From an uncultured Verrucomicrobiae bacterium (GTDB taxonomy: Bacteria; Verrucomicrobiota; Verrucomicrobiia; Chthoniobacterales; JAFAMB01): 64,000 bases of DNA. A model generated the notes under the pieces. The model was not told the DNA's origin and did not search any database. It worked only from the letters and a program-made list of their open reading frames with translations. The stretch covers positions 43,082-107,081 of the forward strand of contig CAWEXO010000016.1 of the NCBI GenBank assembly GCA_963813025.1, read 5' to 3'. The stretch's first letter is position 1. Every line of letters begins with the position of its first letter. The position numbers were made by a program, and so were the translations under genes. This document shows, one piece after another, positions 20,046 through 30,600 of this stretch.

Positions 20046-20117
20046 AAGCAGGAGCTTGCCCATACCGACGCAGAGCATATCCCATGGCGGAACTGGCATC
20101 CTGCCGATTCCGAGTAC

Positions 20118-20948
20118 TCACTTTAATCCGGCGGCGGCCATCACACCTTGTGTGACTTTCTTTTGAAAGAGCAGGTAAGCCGCCGCGGTCGGCAACGATG
20201 CGAGTACGGCGATCGCTGAGGTCTTGGCGAAAGCTATTCCATAAGCCGACTGGACCTGAGTCATGCCGACCGGAATCGTGAGCATCGGAGTAGAATTGGT
20301 AATGATGAACGGCCAGAAAAAGTTGTTCCAGGTCCCGATGAAAGTCACGATGCTCATCGCCCACACCACACTCCAGTTCAGAGGTAAATAGAGGTTGAAT
20401 AGAATGCGGAGCTCAGCCGCGCCGTCCATCACTGCCGCGTCTCGAAAGTCCCGCGGCACCTCATCAAAGAACTGCTTGAATACGACTACCGAAAGAGGCG
20501 TCGCAATTTGCGGAATGATGATGCCCGCGTAGGTGTTGACCAGGTTGAGCCGATTCATCGTCAGGAAGAGTGGAATCGCCATCGCGCTGAACGGAAGCAT
20601 AAATCCCAACAGCAACAGCCAGTAAACGAACCGTTTCCCGGCAAATTCAAGCCGGGAAAGTGCATAGCCGCACATCAAGGAAAGCACGACGGAGCACACG
20701 GTAACGATTGCCGAAACCAGAACGGTATTCAGATACCATCGAAAAATCGGGCTATTTTGAATGACATACCAGAAAGCTCCGAAATCCGGCGGCCAGGGGA
20801 TCAAGCTGGGCGGACTAGCGATCGTGTCCGTCTCTGTTTTCAAGGCGGTAACGACGATCCAATAGACCGGCGACAGCCAGATTAATCCCAGAACGACGGT
20901 CAATAGAGTACATACGAGACCCAGAGGAGAAAGCGCCTGTTTTTTCAT
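20118..20948 (-). CDS. carbohydrate ABC transporter permease (MalG-like)
   Basis: EAA-like loop DAAVMDGA, WNNFFWP; start MKKQ overlaps the upstream stop. Confidence 0.92.
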   Translation of the reverse strand: MKKQALSPLGLVCTLLTVVLGLIWLSPVYWIVVTALKTETDTIASPPSLIPWPPDFGAFWYVIQNSPIFRWYLNTVLVSAIVTVCSVVLSLMCGYALSRLEFAGKRFVYWLLLLGFMLPFSAMAIPLFLTMNRLNLVNTYAGIIIPQIATPLSVVVFKQFFDEVPRDFRDAAVMDGAAELRILFNLYLPLNWSVVWAMSIVTFIGTWNNFFWPFIITNSTPMLTIPVGMTQVQSAYGIAFAKTSAIAVLASLPTAAAYLLFQKKVTQGVMAAAGLK

Positions 20949-21856
20949 TTGGCGCTCCTCACCCGCAACAAGCGGAACTGGAGGGCGGCGGCGAGTAAGA
21001 TGATGACCACCAAAAAGACCGCGATCGCCGAACCGTAGCCGCCGCGATTTTGCTGGAATGCCTCCCGATACATATAAAACAGCACAACGGTCGTCGAGTT
21101 GTATGGCCCTCCGCCGGTGAGCAGGTAAACCTGATCGAAGATTTTGAACTGGGCGATCAATTGTAAGATCAAAACCAGGCTGGCTATCGGCCAGATCAAC
21201 GGGCAGGTAATAAACAGAAAGCGGTGCAGCCCGTTGGCTCCATCCAAGGCGGCCGCCTCGTAGTATTCCGTCGGAATATTCTGCAAGCCGGCAACAAACA
21301 AGAGCATATTGAAGCCGACGGTCCACCAAATGGTCACAGCGGCGACTCCAATCATCGCCCAGACTGGATCCTGGAACCATGCAAGATTGGTGCCAAAGAG
21401 ATAGTTAATTATCCCAAAATTAGCATCCAACATCCAGAGCGCCGTAGTAGTGACGACACTGACCGGAAGAATGTAAGGCAGAAAAAAAGCGGACAATACA
21501 GCCAGCCGTAGTCGTCGCAGCCGAACGACGAGCAAAGCTAGAGCAAACCCGATCGCGGTATTTGGAACAACCGTCAAAAAAACAAAATACAGAGTATGCC
21601 AGACCGAAGCCCAGAAATCCTGGTCCCGCAGTAATTCCGCATAATTACGTAAACCAACGAAGCCGCCCTGGCCGGCGATATCGGAATTGGTCAGACTAAG
21701 ATAACAAACCTCGATCGCCGGAAAGAGCAGGAACCCGCCATAGAAGATCAGGAAAGGAAGCAAAAAGACCCAGGCGACCCGCCAGCCTTGCCGGCCAGAG
21801 CGCCGATGGTGCACCACCCGTTCGGCCGGCGGCACGCGAATCTGAGCGACGCGCAC
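20945..21856 (-). CDS. carbohydrate ABC transporter permease (MalF-like)
   Basis: FVGLRNY, LQNIP.EYYEAAALDGA, FDQVYLLTGGGP. Confidence 0.92.
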   Translation of the reverse strand: MRVAQIRVPPAERVVHHRRSGRQGWRVAWVFLLPFLIFYGGFLLFPAIEVCYLSLTNSDIAGQGGFVGLRNYAELLRDQDFWASVWHTLYFVFLTVVPNTAIGFALALLVVRLRRLRLAVLSAFFLPYILPVSVVTTTALWMLDANFGIINYLFGTNLAWFQDPVWAMIGVAAVTIWWTVGFNMLLFVAGLQNIPTEYYEAAALDGANGLHRFLFITCPLIWPIASLVLILQLIAQFKIFDQVYLLTGGGPYNSTTVVLFYMYREAFQQNRGGYGSAIAVFLVVIILLAAALQFRLLRVRSAK

Positions 21857-21874
21857 AACAAGAAAAGTAGCAAA

Positions 21875-23182
21875 CTAAGGCTGTTGTTGCTTAACGAATT
21901 TTTGTAGCTCGTCAACGAACTTTTTCAGGCCCTGTGCCGGCGGAATCTCCCCGTTCACCACCGGTATGAGGAAATTGCTGATCGGAACAAAGGTCGGTCC
22001 TCCTACGCCAAAGATGGGAAGGGGCGGTTCGAAGGTAATGTTCTTGGCTGCCTCGGCACTATACTGGTTATTGGGCGACATATTCTTATAAGCTTCGCTT
22101 TCCTGTACGGGGAGGTAAGCTGGGATATGTCCGCCCCCGGCCCAAGTCACTTGCCTAACCACGTAGGCGATGAACGTCAGAGCAGCTTTCAGTTTATCGG
22201 GCGATAACGGGGACTTCGCATTGTTGGGTATGGCTAATTGATGAGAGTCAGCCCAGGTCTTTTGATTCTCATAAAGCTTGGGAAATGCCATGATACCGTA
22301 CTCAAACCCGAGCTTGCTCTGCTTTTGCAGATCAACCAGGGTCGGTACCTCCCAGTTGCCGTTAACCATGAAAGTGGAACGGCCGGCAGTGAACAATGCG
22401 ACCATGGCGGGATAGGTCGTATTCTTCGGGACCAGACCTTGCTTGCTCCAATCCGCAACGAGCTGGAGAGCCTTTAGTCCTTGGTTGTCGACATCCGCAA
22501 AAGTTAGCTGGCCGTTCTTCACGAAATCGCCTCCCTGCTGGCTGAACAAGGTGTACCAGACACGCCAGATCGAAGCCGGGTCCGCCGAGTTGGTTGACAT
22601 TGCCATCGGGATGAGGTGGTTCTTCTGTTTGGCCGTCGACAAAAGCTTGGTGAAGGCGTCGCTGCTGTCCAGGTTTGCCGGTTTACCGTCTGCGCCCAGG
22701 AGCCCGGCTTTTTGCAAGGCAGTCTTGTTATAATAGAGAACAAGGGTATGGATATCGAGTGGCACGCCAAAGAGTTGGTCAGTTTGGCCATACTTTTGGC
22801 TGATCTCCTGCGAACGCTGAACGAGCGATGCTTGAAAATCGGACGGTTTCAGGCCGACCATGGCGAGTTCGTCATTGCTAATCGGACGCAGATCTTTGGC
22901 CGAAATACCGGCTGGAAAATGCGACAGATGATAGGTCATGACATCGGGCGTCTGACCCGCGACGACCGCGGTGTGTACCTTGGTGTAAAATGGTTCGCCC
23001 CAAGTGAGGGTCGATTCATTGACATGAATGTCGCTTTGCGACTGATTAAACTGGGCAACAATCTGCTTCATTCGCACGCCGTCTCCGCCTCCCAGGAAGT
23101 CCCAGTAGGTGAGTTCGGTCGGTGCAGCATGGGCGATCAGTGGGCTCAGAGCCGTCACGAGGGCAAGTAGGGGAAGTCTCAT
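21875..23182 (-). CDS. extracellular solute-binding protein of the carbohydrate ABC transporter
   Basis: Signal peptide MRLPLLALV...AHA; GGGDG, PLDIH.LVLYYNK, WADSH. Confidence 0.9.
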   Translation of the reverse strand: MRLPLLALVTALSPLIAHAAPTELTYWDFLGGGDGVRMKQIVAQFNQSQSDIHVNESTLTWGEPFYTKVHTAVVAGQTPDVMTYHLSHFPAGISAKDLRPISNDELAMVGLKPSDFQASLVQRSQEISQKYGQTDQLFGVPLDIHTLVLYYNKTALQKAGLLGADGKPANLDSSDAFTKLLSTAKQKNHLIPMAMSTNSADPASIWRVWYTLFSQQGGDFVKNGQLTFADVDNQGLKALQLVADWSKQGLVPKNTTYPAMVALFTAGRSTFMVNGNWEVPTLVDLQKQSKLGFEYGIMAFPKLYENQKTWADSHQLAIPNNAKSPLSPDKLKAALTFIAYVVRQVTWAGGGHIPAYLPVQESEAYKNMSPNNQYSAEAAKNITFEPPLPIFGVGGPTFVPISNFLIPVVNGEIPPAQGLKKFVDELQKFVKQQQP

Positions 23183-23247
23183 TTTTGTGGGGGAATACGC
23201 TCTACTATTAAAGGACCATTCGTAGCCGGCAGCAACCCTGAATAGCA

Positions 23248-24753
23248 TTAGTAGCTCAGCGCAACCAGGCTCCAGGAGAAGGGGGGCAGTTTCGCGGTAA
23301 TCCGGTCCGAGGTAACAGTGTATTCCGATGATCGGCCAGGCGATACGCGGTCGGGTTGCTCAGCCGAGTTCGTCTCCTTCAGATTCGGTCCGCAGATCTG
23401 GGTCAGTTCGCAGCTGCCGATCGCGGGAAACCCGCGGAGCTCGATCGTTAGCTCGTCGGTTTCCTCCGATCTTCGATTGAGCAGGAAAACGACAATTTTT
23501 CTGTGAGCGTAGTCGTGCAATGGAGCAGCCAGAAGCGCAGGAACGAAACCGGCGGTTTTCGTCGTCAGCTGATCGGTGACGACACTCGATCGCATCACTG
23601 CGCCGTTCGCATGCTGTGCGGTCAATTGGAAAGGGTGAAAAATCGTTTGGCGCCAGGCTCGTCCGCCGGGCTCGGTGAAGATGGGTCCAATGATATTCAC
23701 TAATTGGGCGAGACAAGCAGCCTGCACTCGATCAGCATTATTGATCAGCGTGATCAACGCGCCCCCGACTAACAACGCGTCTTGGAGATCATAGATTTCC
23801 TCGATCAACCGCGGGGCGGTTGGCCAACCGGGTTTTTTGTGTTCCGCATCGGTTCGCGCTTTGTACCAGACATTCCACTCATCGAACGAGAGCGCGATGC
23901 GCTTTGACGAACGCCGTTTGGCTGCTACCGCGTCACATACCGAAACCGCTTCCTTGACGAAACGGTCCATCACATCCGCGTTGCTCAAGAACTCGACAGC
24001 ATTATCGAGCGGATTCTCGAAATACATGTGGAGCGACAGGAAATCGATCTGCTCAAAGCATTCATCGAGAGATTCATATTCCCAGCTTCCAAAAGTCGGC
24101 ATGGTGCGGGCGGACGAGCCGCAGGCCGCCACTTGAACAGTGGGATCGACCCACTTCATCACTTTTGCCGTCTCTTTAGCGGCGCGCCCATATTCATAAG
24201 CCGTCTTCTGGCAAATCTGCCACGGACCATCCATTTCATTGCCTAAGCACCAGAACTTGACGCCGTGCGGCTCGGGATATCCGTGCCGGGCGCGCAAGTC
24301 GCTCCAATGCGTGCCGCCGGAATGATTGCAGTATTCCAGGAAAGCACGCGCTTGGTCCGGGCCGCGTGTTCCGAGATTTACGCCGAGCATCGGTTCGCAG
24401 TTCGCGGCGCGACACCAAGCGATGAATTCGTTCGGGCCAAACTGGTTAGTTTCCGTGCTGGCCCAAGCGAGATCGAGGCGAACGGGACGTTGCTCTCGGG
24501 GGCCGACGCCGTCCTCCCAGTTGTATCCGGAAAGAAAATTACCGCCGGGATAGCGAACAATGGTTGGCCCGAGTTCTCGGACCAGAGCCAGCACATCGCC
24601 GCGAAACCCGTTCGCGTCGGCGGTTGGATGTCCGGGTTCGAAAATGCCGGTGTAGACGCACCGGCCCATGTGTTCAACGAATGCCCCAAAGATTCGGCGG
24701 TCCAAGGAGGCAAGGACGAAGTCAGCATCGAGCAAAATACGAGAGGAAGGCAT
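23248..24753 (-). CDS. abfA: alpha-L-arabinofuranosidase, GH51
   Basis: FVEHMGRCVY.GI, RYPGGNF.SGYNWEDGVGP, WCLGNEMDG (acid/base), SFDEWNVW (nucleophile). Confidence 0.95.
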   Translation of the reverse strand: MPSSRILLDADFVLASLDRRIFGAFVEHMGRCVYTGIFEPGHPTADANGFRGDVLALVRELGPTIVRYPGGNFLSGYNWEDGVGPREQRPVRLDLAWASTETNQFGPNEFIAWCRAANCEPMLGVNLGTRGPDQARAFLEYCNHSGGTHWSDLRARHGYPEPHGVKFWCLGNEMDGPWQICQKTAYEYGRAAKETAKVMKWVDPTVQVAACGSSARTMPTFGSWEYESLDECFEQIDFLSLHMYFENPLDNAVEFLSNADVMDRFVKEAVSVCDAVAAKRRSSKRIALSFDEWNVWYKARTDAEHKKPGWPTAPRLIEEIYDLQDALLVGGALITLINNADRVQAACLAQLVNIIGPIFTEPGGRAWRQTIFHPFQLTAQHANGAVMRSSVVTDQLTTKTAGFVPALLAAPLHDYAHRKIVVFLLNRRSEETDELTIELRGFPAIGSCELTQICGPNLKETNSAEQPDRVSPGRSSEYTVTSDRITAKLPPFSWSLVALSY

Positions 24754-24910
24754 AACGGGTGCCGTTGCTATTTTTAGAAGAGAGGAATGCCACGTGTCTC
24801 ACAAGGAAAAATGTTCGCAGATTTTGAACAGAAGCTCTCAAAGCTCACAGCGCAGTGCAGCCGCAACCAAAGCATCCGCGCGGATGCAGCCCCAGGGAAG
24901 AAAAGGAGTT

Positions 24911-25143
24911 CGAGGAAGTTCAAGGAAGTTCGAGGAAGTTCGAGGAAGTTCGAGGAAGGTCGAGGAAGGTCGAGGAAGGTCATGGAGCGACCATCCGTGA
25001 TGTGCGACCTGGATGGTCCCGCCTTCAGGTTGCCCAGTTCTGAACCGGGTTGAGGGTGCCCTCCAATCAGAGTACGGCCCAGGAGGACCGAACATGCCGC
25101 CGTCGAAATCCTTGAACTTCCTTGAACTTCCCTGAACTTCCCT
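24911..25143. repeat. inverted 10-mer tandem arrays, (CGAGGAAGTT)7 ... (CTTGAACTTC)3, around a unique spacer
   Basis: Seven units at 24911-24980; three complementary units at 25111-25140. Confidence 0.9.
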
Positions 25144-25161
25144 TTCACACCGGCCCCGCTG

Positions 25162-26214
25162 ATGCATGCGCGTAAAATTATCCATCTGGACATGGATTGC
25201 TTTTATGCCGCGATCGAAGTGCGCGACCATCCGGAGCTCGCCGGAAAGCCAGTCGCTGTCGGTGGCGCACGTGATCAGCGCGGTGTCCTGACAACCTGCA
25301 ATTACGAGGCGCGCGAGTTCGGAGCGCGCTCAGCGATGCCGACCTATCAAGCCTTACAGCGATGTCCTCAACTGATCATCATGCCAAGCCGGTTCGACGT
25401 CTATCGCCGGGAATCGGCTAAGATCCGTTCGATTCTGCGGCCGTTCACCGATTTGGTCGAACCGCTCTCGCTCGACGAAGCGTTTCTCGACGTGTCCCAG
25501 CGGGACGGCGACCCCGCGGCCGTCGCGACCATGATCCGCGAGCTGATCTTCCAGCAAACAAAGCTGACCGCGTCCGCCGGCATCGCTCCGAACAAGATGC
25601 TGGCCAAAATCGCGAGCGACTGGCGCAAGCCAAACGGCCAATTTGAAATCAAGCCAGACGAAGTCGGTGCTTTTCTCCGCGAACTACCGGTCCGGAAACT
25701 CTGGGGAATTGGCCAAAAATCAGCGGAGAAGCTCTACCGGTCTGGGATAAGCACTTGCGGACAATTGCAACAGCGGTCCCGGATCGAGTTGGTAGAGCTC
25801 TTCGGCCGTTTCGGTTTGGAGCTCTACGATCTGTGCCGAGGAATTGACCTCCGGGAAGTTGTGCCGGATCGCATCAGAAAATCTCTCAGTAATGAACGGA
25901 CTTTTACCCACGACCTGACTTCGCTCGTCCAATGTGAGGCGCGAATCCCAGAACTTTTCGAAGAGCTCGTGGCAGATCTGCAGCATTCGGGCGAGATCAA
26001 TCGGGTAAAGACCATCTTCGTCAAAATTCGGTTCTCGGATTTCTCCCGGACTACCGTCGAAAGAGCGGGTCTGGAGATGGTTCTTTCCAACTACCTGCAA
26101 CTGCTGCGGGAAGGGCTGGGTCGGAAGGACCTGCACGTCCGGCTTCTCGGGCTGGGTGTGCGTTTTGCGGAACCGCAAGCCCCCGGGCCAGAGCAGTTGA
26201 AGCTTCAGCTCTAG
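25162..26214 (+). CDS. dinB: DNA polymerase IV
   Basis: IIHLDMDCFYAAIE, CNYEAR.FG.RSAM, EPLSLDEAFLD, KIASDWRKPNG, VRLLGLG. Confidence 0.96.
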   Translation: MHARKIIHLDMDCFYAAIEVRDHPELAGKPVAVGGARDQRGVLTTCNYEAREFGARSAMPTYQALQRCPQLIIMPSRFDVYRRESAKIRSILRPFTDLVEPLSLDEAFLDVSQRDGDPAAVATMIRELIFQQTKLTASAGIAPNKMLAKIASDWRKPNGQFEIKPDEVGAFLRELPVRKLWGIGQKSAEKLYRSGISTCGQLQQRSRIELVELFGRFGLELYDLCRGIDLREVVPDRIRKSLSNERTFTHDLTSLVQCEARIPELFEELVADLQHSGEINRVKTIFVKIRFSDFSRTTVERAGLEMVLSNYLQLLREGLGRKDLHVRLLGLGVRFAEPQAPGPEQLKLQL

Positions 26215-26218
26215 AGGT

Positions 26219-26404
26219 AGTGCCAGTATCAGTGCCAGTGCTAGTGCCAGTGCCAGTGCCAGTGCCAGTGCCAGTGCTAGTGCTGCTAGTTGTCGGCCAT
26301 CGTTCATCGTTCATCGCTCATCAGTCATCGGCCATCAGTCATCGGCCATTGGCCATCGGCCAACGGTCATTGGTCACTGGCTATCGGCCATTGGCCATTG
26401 TTTA
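26219..26404. repeat. composite short tandem repeat: 11 x AGTGC(C/T) followed by 16 x T(C/T)GG(C/T)CA-type heptamers
   Basis: Hexamers 26219-26284 and heptamers 26293-26404, counted directly. Confidence 0.92.
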
Positions 26405-26412
26405 CTAACCCG

Positions 26413-27573
26413 ATGATCGCCCCTTACCGGTTTACCCCTCGTACGCGTTTGCTGGATGTGATGCGCCAAGCCGCCGATCCGCTGCTAATCAATTTGGCGG
26501 CCGGACTGCCCTCCTCCGATTGCGTCCCAAAAGTCGAACTGAAAACGGCTTTTGACCTGGCACTGGGCGCTTTTGCGGACGAAGCATTGGGCTACCACAC
26601 TCCGGACGGGGATTATGGACTTCGCGAAATCCTCACCGAACGATTCGCCCGGCGCGGGATCCGAACCACCGCCGAGAGAATGGTCCTCACCACAGGTTGC
26701 ACCCAGGCCCTCAACGGGATGATCCGCCTGCTGGCCTCGTGGGGCGACATCGTCGCTTGTGAAGCACCCGCCTATTACGCCACGCTGGAGATCCTCGGGG
26801 ATATTGGCTGCCGAATCCTCCCCGTAACTGTGAAAGGCAATGAAGGTCTCGATCTGGAATTGGCCGCGACCCTCTTTGATCGCTATCGGCCAAAGGTCTT
26901 GGTGTTGTGCTCCACGTTATCCAATCCTTCGGGTGCGACGCTTTCCAACGAAGCGCGAGCAGCTCTGCTCGACATTTGCCGGCGCACCGAAACCAAGATC
27001 GTTGAAGACGAAATCTACGGCGACCTCTCGGAGCAAACTGATTTAAGACCGATTCGCGCCCTGGACGACGGTTCGACGGTTTCCTATGTCACGAGCTTCT
27101 CTAAGACGGTAGCGCCGGGGATCAGGGTAGGCGCCTGCCTGCCTGCGGGTGATGTTGACCGTTTTGCGCGGCTCAAATGTCAGCAGGATATGCATTCTTC
27201 GACGCTCTGCGAAGTCGCTTTCCGCAAGTACCTGGAAATGGAAACCTTTGATCACCATCTCCAGCACGTGCGAACCTTAAACGCCGGCCGCCGGCAATTG
27301 GCTTTGAACCTCATCCGCGAGAATTTCCCCGCCGGCACCCAGGTGATTCCGCCGGACGGAGGGTTCCTGCTTTGGGCGGAGTTGCCGAGGACTGGTTTGA
27401 TCGAAGATCTTTACTCGGCCAGTCTGCGAAATGGCGTCGCCTTCTGTCCGGGGACGGCATTTTATTCTGCGCACACTGAGACTTGTGCCATGCGCATCAA
27501 TTGTTCTCGGCCCACCGAACGGCAGCTGATCAAAGGAATAAGAACGCTCGGACGTCTGGCCAGACAGGCGTAG
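26413..27573 (+). CDS. PLP-dependent aminotransferase (class I/II, MocR/ARO8-like, no HTH)
   Basis: LAAGLP, SNPSG.T, EDEIY, SFSKTVAPGIRVG (PLP lysine), GGFLLW. Confidence 0.88.
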   Translation: MIAPYRFTPRTRLLDVMRQAADPLLINLAAGLPSSDCVPKVELKTAFDLALGAFADEALGYHTPDGDYGLREILTERFARRGIRTTAERMVLTTGCTQALNGMIRLLASWGDIVACEAPAYYATLEILGDIGCRILPVTVKGNEGLDLELAATLFDRYRPKVLVLCSTLSNPSGATLSNEARAALLDICRRTETKIVEDEIYGDLSEQTDLRPIRALDDGSTVSYVTSFSKTVAPGIRVGACLPAGDVDRFARLKCQQDMHSSTLCEVAFRKYLEMETFDHHLQHVRTLNAGRRQLALNLIRENFPAGTQVIPPDGGFLLWAELPRTGLIEDLYSASLRNGVAFCPGTAFYSAHTETCAMRINCSRPTERQLIKGIRTLGRLARQA

Positions 27574-27627
27574 CGGGGACGGCCTTCCAATTTGCCATCG
27601 AGCGTTTTTGCGTCACTATTTGCGGCC

Positions 27628-30600
27628 ATGTTTAGCTCGCTGAGGTCTGTCGCCCGGAATCTTATCCTTTTTGGTTGCTCGTTTTTTCTCTTCGCCAACA
27701 CCTCCGCTTGGGCCCAACAGGCCGAAGCGCTGGGACCGGTTTCCGAGCCGCTCTGGATGCGCTATCCCCAGATCTCTCCAGATGGACAAACCATCGCCTT
27801 CAGCTTCCAAGGCCATATTTTCTCGGTTCCCAGCTCCGGCGGTCTCGCTCGAGCGCTAACGGCCGGACCGGCTCACGATACCAGCCCGGTTTGGTCGCCG
27901 GACGGCAAGATGATCGCGTTCGCCTCGGACCGTTACGGCCATTACGATGTGTACCTGATCAGCGCCGAAGGCGGCCCAGCTCGAAGGTTGACTACCTATT
28001 CCACCGACCAGATCCCTACGAGTTTTACGCCCGATAGCCAGTTTGTCCTCTTTTCCGCTCACCGGATGAACACGGCCACGGCTTCGAAATTTCCGCTCGG
28101 GAACTGGTTGCCCGAGCTGTACAAAGTTTCGATTGAGGAAGGCCGAGCCTCGCAACTGATTCTCACCACCCCTGCGCTGCACGCACGTCACGACCGGGCG
28201 GCCCGGCGAATCCTCTACGAAAATCAGAAAGGATATGAGGATCCCTGGCGTAAACACGAAACGTTCTCGATCGCTCACGACATTTTTCTCTACAACGCCG
28301 ATACCGGCGATCACACGAAACTTACTACCTTCGTCGGGGAAGACCGCGATCCGGTCTGGGCGCCGGACGAGCAGTCTTTCTATTACCTGAGCGAAATGAG
28401 TGGGTCGTTCAACATTTGGCGGCTGCCAATCACCGGGGCCCAAGATCAGGCGCCGGAGCAGATTACGAATTTTTCGAGAAATCCTGTCCGCTTCCTTTCC
28501 ATCGCGGAAAATGGGACTCTGGCGTTCGGATTCAACGGGGAAATTTACGTGCTGCCACCGGGCTCGCGCGATCCGCGGAAAGTCTCGATCCAGATCGCAA
28601 CGGCGCCGAGCGCTCCCCGGATGCAAGAGGCCAATCTGGCCGATCAAGCCACTGAGATCTCGCTCAGCCCCAACGGGAAGGAAATCGCCTTTGTCGTACG
28701 CGGCGATATCTACGTCGCTTCCATCGAGACTGGCGCGACCAAACGGATTACGAACACGCCGGGACAGGAACGCACCGTGTCCTTCAGTCCTGACGGCCGG
28801 AAGCTCGTCTTCGCCGCGGAGTACGATAAGCCGTGGGCTCTTTACGAAGCCTCCATCGTGCAGCCGAAGGAAAAGGAACCCTATTTCTTCGACGCTACGG
28901 CGATCGATATTCATCCACTGCTGGAAAATGGGAAAGAAAACTTCCAGCCAAAATATTCGCCAGACGGTAAAGAGGTCGCCTATCTGGAAGATCGTGCGAC
29001 CATTAAGATCCTCAATTTGGAGACGAAACAGACCCGCGTCATTCTTCCGTCAACTTTCAACTATTCCTACGAGGATGGCGATCGCTGGTTTGATTGGTCA
29101 CCGGATGGCAAGTGGCTCCTGGTCGACTTTGTGGATACCAATCGATTCTCGGAAGAGGCCGGACTGGTTGACACAGCCGGCCGGCAGGAATTAACGAACC
29201 TCACGAAAAGCGGTTACGAGGATATCCAACCCGAATGGGCGATGGATGGAAAAACGATGTTCTGGCTGACGAACCGTTACGGACTCCACGGAGACGGCTA
29301 TAGTGAACATCCGCAGCTGGACGTGTACGAAATGTTTTTCACTCAGGCCGCGCTCGACCGATTCAAATTGTCCAAGGCGGAATACAGCATCATCAAAGCG
29401 CAGGAAGACGAAGCGAAAAAGAAGCAGGAGCAGGCGGAAAATAAAGGCAAACCGGGCCCGACGCCGACTCCTGCTCCCAAGCTCGCCGAACCGGTTCCGC
29501 TGGAACTCAAAGACATTGAGGACCGGACGGCCCGGTTGACCCTTGGTTCCGCCCAGATTGCCCAAGCCAAGTTGACCAGTGATGGCGAAACTCTGGTGTA
29601 TCTGGCCAAGAGCGATAAAGGCTACGCTCTCTGGTCCGAGAAAATCCGGGACAAGGAAATCAAGCAACTCGGCGAGTTCGATGCTCCTCCACCTCATCGG
29701 CCAGGCGCACGGTTGCCGCAGCAAATCGAACTGAACAAGGAAGGCAACACCGCTTTTGTGCTGGTAAATGGCCGGATCAATAAGGTGAACCTGGCCGACG
29801 GCAAGTCTGAAGCGGTGAAACTAACCGCAGAAAAGGAAATCGATGGGCCGGCTGAAAGGCACTATCTCTTCGAGCATATGTGCCGCCAGATGAAAGAGAA
29901 ATTTTATGCGGCCGATATGGGAGGCGTTGACTGGGATTATTACAAACAGGTTTACGCCCGGTTCTTGCCTTTCATCACCGACAACCGTGATTTTTCCGAG
30001 ATGATGAGTGAGCTGCTTGGCGAGCTGAACGCCAGCCATACTGGGTGCCGTTTTTTTCCGCAAAGCGCCGACGAGACGGCCGCGCTGGGTGCATTCTACG
30101 ACCAATCTTATACCGGTCCCGGGCTGAAGATTCAGGAGGTGATCGAAAGTGGACCGCTGGTGACGGCCAGCGCCCAAGTCGCCGCGGGAATGATCATCGA
30201 GAAAATCGATGAAACTGTCATTACACCGGGTATGGAGGTCAGCCCCCTGCTCAACCACAAAGTTGGTCAGCCGGTTCTGCTCTCGATTTTTGATCCGGCA
30301 AAGAACAGTCGGTTCGATGTGCGCATCAAACCGATCGGGCTGGGCGAACAGGAAAACCTGCTGTATGAACGATGGGTCAAACAGCGTCGTGAACTAGTCG
30401 ATCGTCTCAGCCACGGCACGATCGGGTATGTCCACGTTCGGTCAATGTCCGATGAAAGTTACCGCGACACCTTTGCCGAGGCGCTCGGCCGGGACAGCGG
30501 AAAAAAGGCCTTGATTATCGATACCCGCTACAACGGCGGCGGCAATCTTCATGATCAACTGGCAACTCTCCTTTCCGGTAAACGTTACCTGGAGATTGTT

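Noticed and set aside
24812..24830. LexA (SOS) box upstream of dinB
   Set aside because: TGTTC and GAACA half-sites are 9 bp apart rather than the 4 bp I recall for Verrucomicrobia, and lie over 300 bp from dinB; the GTTC-N6-GTTC in the decamer array does not match GTTC-N7-GTTC.
24668..26408. Low-complexity ORFs (GSSRKFEEVR.., VPVPVP.., TGTGTG.., ALALAL..)
   Set aside because: They are translations of non-coding STR arrays or antisense overlaps of dinB.
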